Source of the DNA: Prasinococcaceae sp. CCMP 1430
Taxonomy: Eukaryota; Plantae; Prasinodermophyta
Direction of reading: 5' to 3'
Length of the DNA stretch: 64,000 nt
Assembly (NCBI GenBank): GCA_013416795.1
Contig: RQSC01000014.1
Span: forward strand, 295,557 to 359,556
The notes under the pieces are model-generated. The model saw nothing but the letters and a program-made list of their open reading frames with translations, ran no database searches and was not told the DNA's origin. The stretch's first letter is position 1. Every line of letters begins with the position of its first letter. Shown here one piece after another: positions 58,706-64,000 of this stretch. The position numbers and the translations under genes are program-made.

Positions 58706-60687
58706 ATGTCGGAAGCGCCAAGCCGCGTCAATGGGCGCGTGAAGCCGCGAAAGAAGGCTCCGGGTCGGGCGTCGTCAGCGCTGGGGCCGGGAGAGGCCGG
58801 CGCCGCCGCTCGGGGTGTGGGCGCACCGCAGGCGCCTCAGGGACCGCTCGTGCTCGATGCGATCGCGCACGCCGACGCTGCCGCGGGCGCGCGGGGCACA
58901 GACGCGCGCCCACGTTACAGGTTGCACTTTGTCGCGAAAGACGACGCCGGGCGAGTGACGCGCGTCGACGGATCCGCAGGCGGCATCGACGCCACATGCC
59001 TGCGAATTGCACGGCCTTGCGTGCTGACGGTGCGTTCGTCCACGCGCCCCAGCAGACGACGGTCAAGGGCAAAGGGGGCGGGCGCATTCGCTGACAGCGC
59101 CTGCGATTGCCCGCGCCCATGCGCGCGCGCGCGCAGCGCTGCAGCATCATCACGCACGGCCCGCGCACGCGCGAGCTGCGCAACAAGTGGAGCTTCGCGT
59201 ACCTCGCAAAGGCGTCAGGCGCTGGACGCGACTTCACCATTCGCGTGAGTGCTGCTGGCGCAAACCGCTTCTTGTATGCCGCGGGTATGCAGCACCGCAA
59301 CGCGTTTGGTTCGTTCTACCATGTCAAGGAATTCGAGACAAAAACTATGCTCGCGAGCGTGCGTGAGTTCGCGCACATGGCGGCCCAGTGGGAGACGCGC
59401 GTGCCGTGGCTGGACGCGAGCGTCATGTCGGGTGCCGCCGCCCTGCTACCAGAGAGCCGAAGGAAAGCTGCAGCACAATCGCTGACGAGCTCCGGAGCAC
59501 ACGCGCGCGACGAAGGCGTCGGCGTCCTCGGCAGCAACGGAGGCGTTGCGAGTGCGGCGCGCGGCGGCTTGGGCGCGACGCGGTCGCAACAGGTGCGAGC
59601 GCGGGGTGAGTCTGGCTCTGCACCTACATGCCTGCCTCGCGTCGGCGATGGCCCTCTGCGCCAAGACATGGAAGAGGGCGTCGACTGGGCACTCATGCGC
59701 TCGATGCTGCGCGCGCATGGCTTCGGCAGCGTTGAGCGCGTGCGACTGTGCTGTGGTGTCCGCAACTCGCTGCGGCCGTGCCACTATGAGACCGAGGAAG
59801 GCTTCGTGCTGCAGGTGCGCGGTCGTCAGCGCGTACTGCTGTTCCCACCCGCCGCGGCCTTTGACGGCCTGTACACCTATCCAGCGGCACACGCGTACGA
59901 CAAACACGCAATGGTGGATCTTGAGGCGCCAGACGAGGTGCGCTTCCGAAAGGCGGGGCTGCTATGCAATGGCGTTGTGGCCATCCTCGAGCCCGGAGAC
60001 TTGCTGTACGTGCCAGCGTACTGGCACCGCCATGTGCAACTTCTTGAAAGCGAGAATGCGTGCTTGCTGGTGTCTGTGGGCACGGGACACCGCACGAGGG
60101 CGGAGGGCGCGGAGAGGGTGAGCGCCGCGCGCGCTGCTGAGGAGCGAGTAGAGGCACTCGAGGGGCAGGCGGCGTCCAAGGCCTTCCTAGAACGCGTGGC
60201 CGCAGGCGATGAGGCCTCGCACTTTGATACCAGGAGCGTGCGCGGCGTGCAGCGCATCCAGCTGGCAACGCAGGTACGAGACGAGGTGGATGCGCAGTGC
60301 GGTCGCGGTGCATGGGCGACGGTGCTTCCGCAGATCGTCGAGGGCCGACTTGAGCGAACGCCGTGGCTCGACTCCTCCATCACGAACCCGTTGCTGATCG
60401 CGGACAAGGTGAGAGTGGCGCGCGCAACCGAGGCGCCGAGGACGTGCTCTCCGGCTTGCACCACCCACGCGCGCGACCATCGACCGATCGAAACTCGAAC
60501 TGACACGGCGCTGCGCGACATGCACCGCGCGCTGAAATCCATGCCACAGCCATATTATGTGCCAGACACGCGAACAGAGGAACAGCTCAGGTTCCCCGAG
60601 CTGTACGCGCACAGCGCGACGGGCAAGGTCGAGAGGCCGGAGGAGACACCAAAGGCCGAATTCGGGGACCACGGTCCGGACTTTTGA
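58706..60687 (+). CDS. FIH/HIF1AN-like JmjC protein; exons 58706-59029, 59137-60408, 60550-60687
   Basis: PCHYE, QVRGRQRVLLFPP, LYTYPAAHAYDK, VDLEAPDEVRF, LEPGDLLYVPAYWHRHV. Confidence 0.85.
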
Positions 60688-60791
60688 TCGCGCCCGCGTG
60701 GAACGCGCAGGCGCACGCGCTCGGATGAATCCGCTCTTGCTGTGAATTACGGTATGCGGCTGGCAGTGCACTCAGGCCTGGGGCCACGTCT

Positions 60792-63700
60792 CTACGCGGC
60801 CTGCACGCCCTCCTCCGCAGCCGCCATCGCGCTGTCGCCGCGCCCAGCGAGCAGCGCGTCTGCTAGCGCATCGACAGGATCCGCAGGCGCGCCGCACGGA
60901 TCCTTTGCGAGCTCAGTGAGCGCCTGTGCGACCGCAGGCACCACCGAGCGTAGAAGCCAGCGCCGCAACGTCTTGGACCGTTCCGCAGCGACCGCGGACA
61001 GCGGCACGCGCTCATCGTCTACGTCGGATGGACCGCCGTCCGCCGGGGTGCCATCGTCGCCACCTGGCGCGCTCGCGGCTCCACCCGCGTCTTCTGGGCT
61101 CGATGGGGGGCCGTCCTCAGCGGACGAGTCGCCCGAGGACGCCGCCGCGGGCGCGCGCCGCAGACCGAGCTCCGGGCACACGCGCCCGACAAGCGCCTCG
61201 ATAGCAACCCCGTCGCTGTCCATGGGATCGTCGTGCGCGCGGGAGAGACGCACCACGCGCGCGCCGCCTTTCTCCAGCCGCGCAAGCACAGCCGCACGCG
61301 CGCCCTCTCCTACGCCGTTCTCCTCATCGGCGGGCGCCCACTCAGCCTCCCATTCGGCCAACTTTGTAGCAAGCTCCCGCGCCTCATCACTTTCCTCCTC
61401 AGCATCGCCTTCGGGGCTGATGTCGCCAGCGCCGCCGGCGCTGTCGGCCTCTTCGCCCTCGGCCTCATCAGTAGGCGCTGGCGGCGGTGGTCGTTGGCGC
61501 GCCTCAACGACCACCACCACAGTTGGCCACAGCGACGGGTCATCCTCCACAGCAGCAATTCCGCCACCCTCACCGTCCCCCGATCCAGCCACCGTGTTCT
61601 CACCACCGACCTTGCCCTCGGCCTCGCTGCCTACGCCGTCGGTCGATGCACCGACGCTGGCAACAGCGGCAGCGGGGGCGCGCCGCGGGCGCATGAGCAT
61701 GCTGTCGACTCCATCCATGGTGTGCGGAAAGCCCTCCGCAACATATCCAAGGGATCGGTTCGGACAGCGCGCGCGCGAGAGCATCGCGCGCACCAAAGCG
61801 GACGTGGTCGCCGCGGGCACGGCCGCGCCGCTGTCCGCGTGCGTCGCGAGCGCCGCAGCGGCCTCCTGGCGCGCAGTCGATCCCTCAGGTAGGACGTCTG
61901 CGCCACGCGCGTGCGCGTCCGCCGCGGAAACCCTCGGCAGACCGCCGAGCGCCGTGGCAAGCCTCTCGGCGAGGTCGGCGACACCAACGTCGGGCGCAGC
62001 CCACAGTAGCACGCGCGTCTCGACCATTCCCTCAACGGCCAATCGCTCACGCAGAAGCCGCGGCGCGCACGCCGCCACGCCCGCTCGGTACGACCACTCG
62101 AGCGCCGCTTTCGAGCGCTCGGCTGCGGCCGCCTCTGCGGCCGCCTCTGCGGCCGCCTCAACATCCGAAGCCAGCGCCCCGTCCGTGGCGATCTGGCAGA
62201 CGTCTGCGTACGACAGGTCCCGCGTCGCCCAGTCCTGAAACATGGCGATGAGCAGGCGCAACTCGGATCTCGTGCAGCGCGGCACGAGCGCGCGCAGCAT
62301 CGTTGCGTGGTTGGCCGGCGGCACGGTCAGCACGGCGGCGTTGACGACTGCGTCGTCACCGTCGTCGTCAGCAGCGGCGAGCGCCCCCGCCTCTTTGACG
62401 CTGGCAAAGCGCGCAAATATCTCGGGTCCCGAGGCGGGCGCCCGGGTGGCGCGGATGTCGTCGGTGCTGGGAGTTGCCAGACCCGTCAGCGCCTCACGCA
62501 GCTGCGCGAGCGCGTAGGCCTTCTGCACCGACTGGGGGTTGTTCGCCTCGGCACAGCACCGGTGGCATTCTCTCACCGCGTCCTTGAACTCCTCGAAAGC
62601 GATCTTGTCGTCGCCGTCAACGTCCATGACATTGAAGAGCGCCTGCATGCGGCTGGGCTCTAGCTTTTCGCCCAAGAGGTCGGTGATCACGAGCTCTAGC
62701 TCTGGCCTCTCCAGCGCGCCGCTCTTGTCAGCATCGCGTCGCTGGAAGACATCGAGCGCGCGCAGTTGGCCCTTGCGCATGGCCGCGTGCAGCCGCTCGC
62801 AGAGCTCGCTGGTCGCGGCCACGTCTAGGCTGCCCTCATTTCTGAGCATGGTCTCGGTGGCCCCGTCAAGTCGCAGCACGGTGCTCTCCCTCGTGCCACC
62901 GTCGGCCTCGGGCAGCGCGGTGCATTCCATCGGCAGCTTCAGCAGCATCTCGTGGTGCAGCGGCTTTGCGAGAGCACCCGCGACTCCCATCGCGATGGCC
63001 AGATCATCGTAGTGTGCGTCCTCGGGCCTGGCGCGCGGGTCACCGTCGTCGTCGCCGTCGTCATGGTCTGCAGCGCGCAGTGCGGCGGCAAAGTCGGCCA
63101 CCCGCGCACCCCCCTGAGCGTCGTCGACGCACATCAGGAAGCGTCCAGGGTCGGCGTCGGCGCGAGCGCGCAGGACGACGAGGCGCGCGATGTAAGCCGC
63201 GAGGTCTCCCACGTGCACTGTGGGGACGTGCCCGCCAGCGATGCCAGCCCCGGTGGGCGACCCCAGCGCGGCGTGGCCAGTGATGGCGTACAGCGCGATG
63301 GCCTCGTCGAGTGGCGCCCCAGCGCTGCTCGGCGCGCCGTACGTGGCGCCACGGGTCACCACGTGTGAGCGCAGCGCGCCGCCATGAGCGCCGGCGACTG
63401 CTCGCTCGGCATCTACGCCCGCGCGATGCGACGGCAGCGGCACGCGGCGGGACTCGTCCGACGCGCGCAGGCGATCGCCGTCTGCGGGGCCGCGCGCGCG
63501 CGCGCGCGCGCGCGTTGCGCCGTGACGTGCGGGTGCGTCAGCGGATGCCCATGCGCTTCTTGTGCGCGTCCACGTTCCGTTGCGCGCGGCTGCCGGCGCT
63601 CTCACCTGACACGGACGTGCGCGCCCACGCGAGCGGCGAGCCAACCGCGACGAGCACGCGCTTGGGAGCGCCCGAAGGCGCGGATGTCGCCGCTGCAGCG

Positions 63701-63933
63701 GCATGCGCCGCCGCCGCGCACTGCCTGACGACACCCTCTGCACCGTCGACGAAGACGACCGCCGCGTCAGCCGTGGCGACGGCGGCCGCGGCGGACTCGA
63801 CGTCGGCGTCGGCGTCGGCGCTCGCGATCGCGTGCGCTGTCACGTCATAGCCCAATGCCTCGAGCGCGGCCACGACAGCCGCGTCTGCGCCGCCGCTCCG
63901 CCCCGCGCGCGCGACTATGGCCGCCGACGGCAT
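60792..63933 (-). CDS. Adenylate kinase 7-like flagellar protein with EF-hands and a C-terminal Dpy-30 motif; exons 63933-63606 and 63481-60792
   Basis: Rossmann-like N-terminus (VLVAVGSPLAWART, VPTVHVGDLA), GYVAEGFPHT, LRRWLLRSVVPAVAQAL..DPVDALADAL; EF loops DADKSGALERPEL and DVDGDDKIAFEEF. Confidence 0.75.
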
Positions 63934-64000
63934 GGCCGACCGCGCGCGTGGTGCGCACGGGCCCGTCCGCGCGACGCCTGCGCGGGACGGCGCTCGGCCG

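Overview
Gene-dense, very GC-rich eukaryotic DNA from a draft assembly (5 N-gaps, 3 single-N joins). Short spliceosomal introns (GTGCG/GTGAG...GCTGAC...YAG), TGTAA 3' signals and plastid-type genes (MenA, ClpR-like, AspAT) point to a green alga, probably prasinophyte-grade; the species is an inference. About 23 protein-coding genes or fragments are recognisable: HSP90, a degenerate ARM-repeat kinesin, MenA, a flavodoxin-like protein, a HOL-type halide/thiol methyltransferase, two DNAAF5-like HEAT proteins, MYBBP1A/Pol5, MCU, MRE11, NDUFA7, a ClpR-like subunit, UDP-galactopyranose mutase, AspAT, a MetF-like protein, a large Ser-Pro-rich surface protein, PAN3, two JmjC proteins and an AK7-like protein. 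The standout is at the left edge and is largely missed by the ORF track. It is a >1260-aa minus-strand gene with the architecture SLOG(LSDAT/TRPM-like)-SLATT-SLATT-linker-SLOG-..., i.e. an internally duplicated, intron-containing version of a prokaryotic nucleotide-sensor/membrane-effector conflict module. All family assignments are by motif recognition; no database searches were run.
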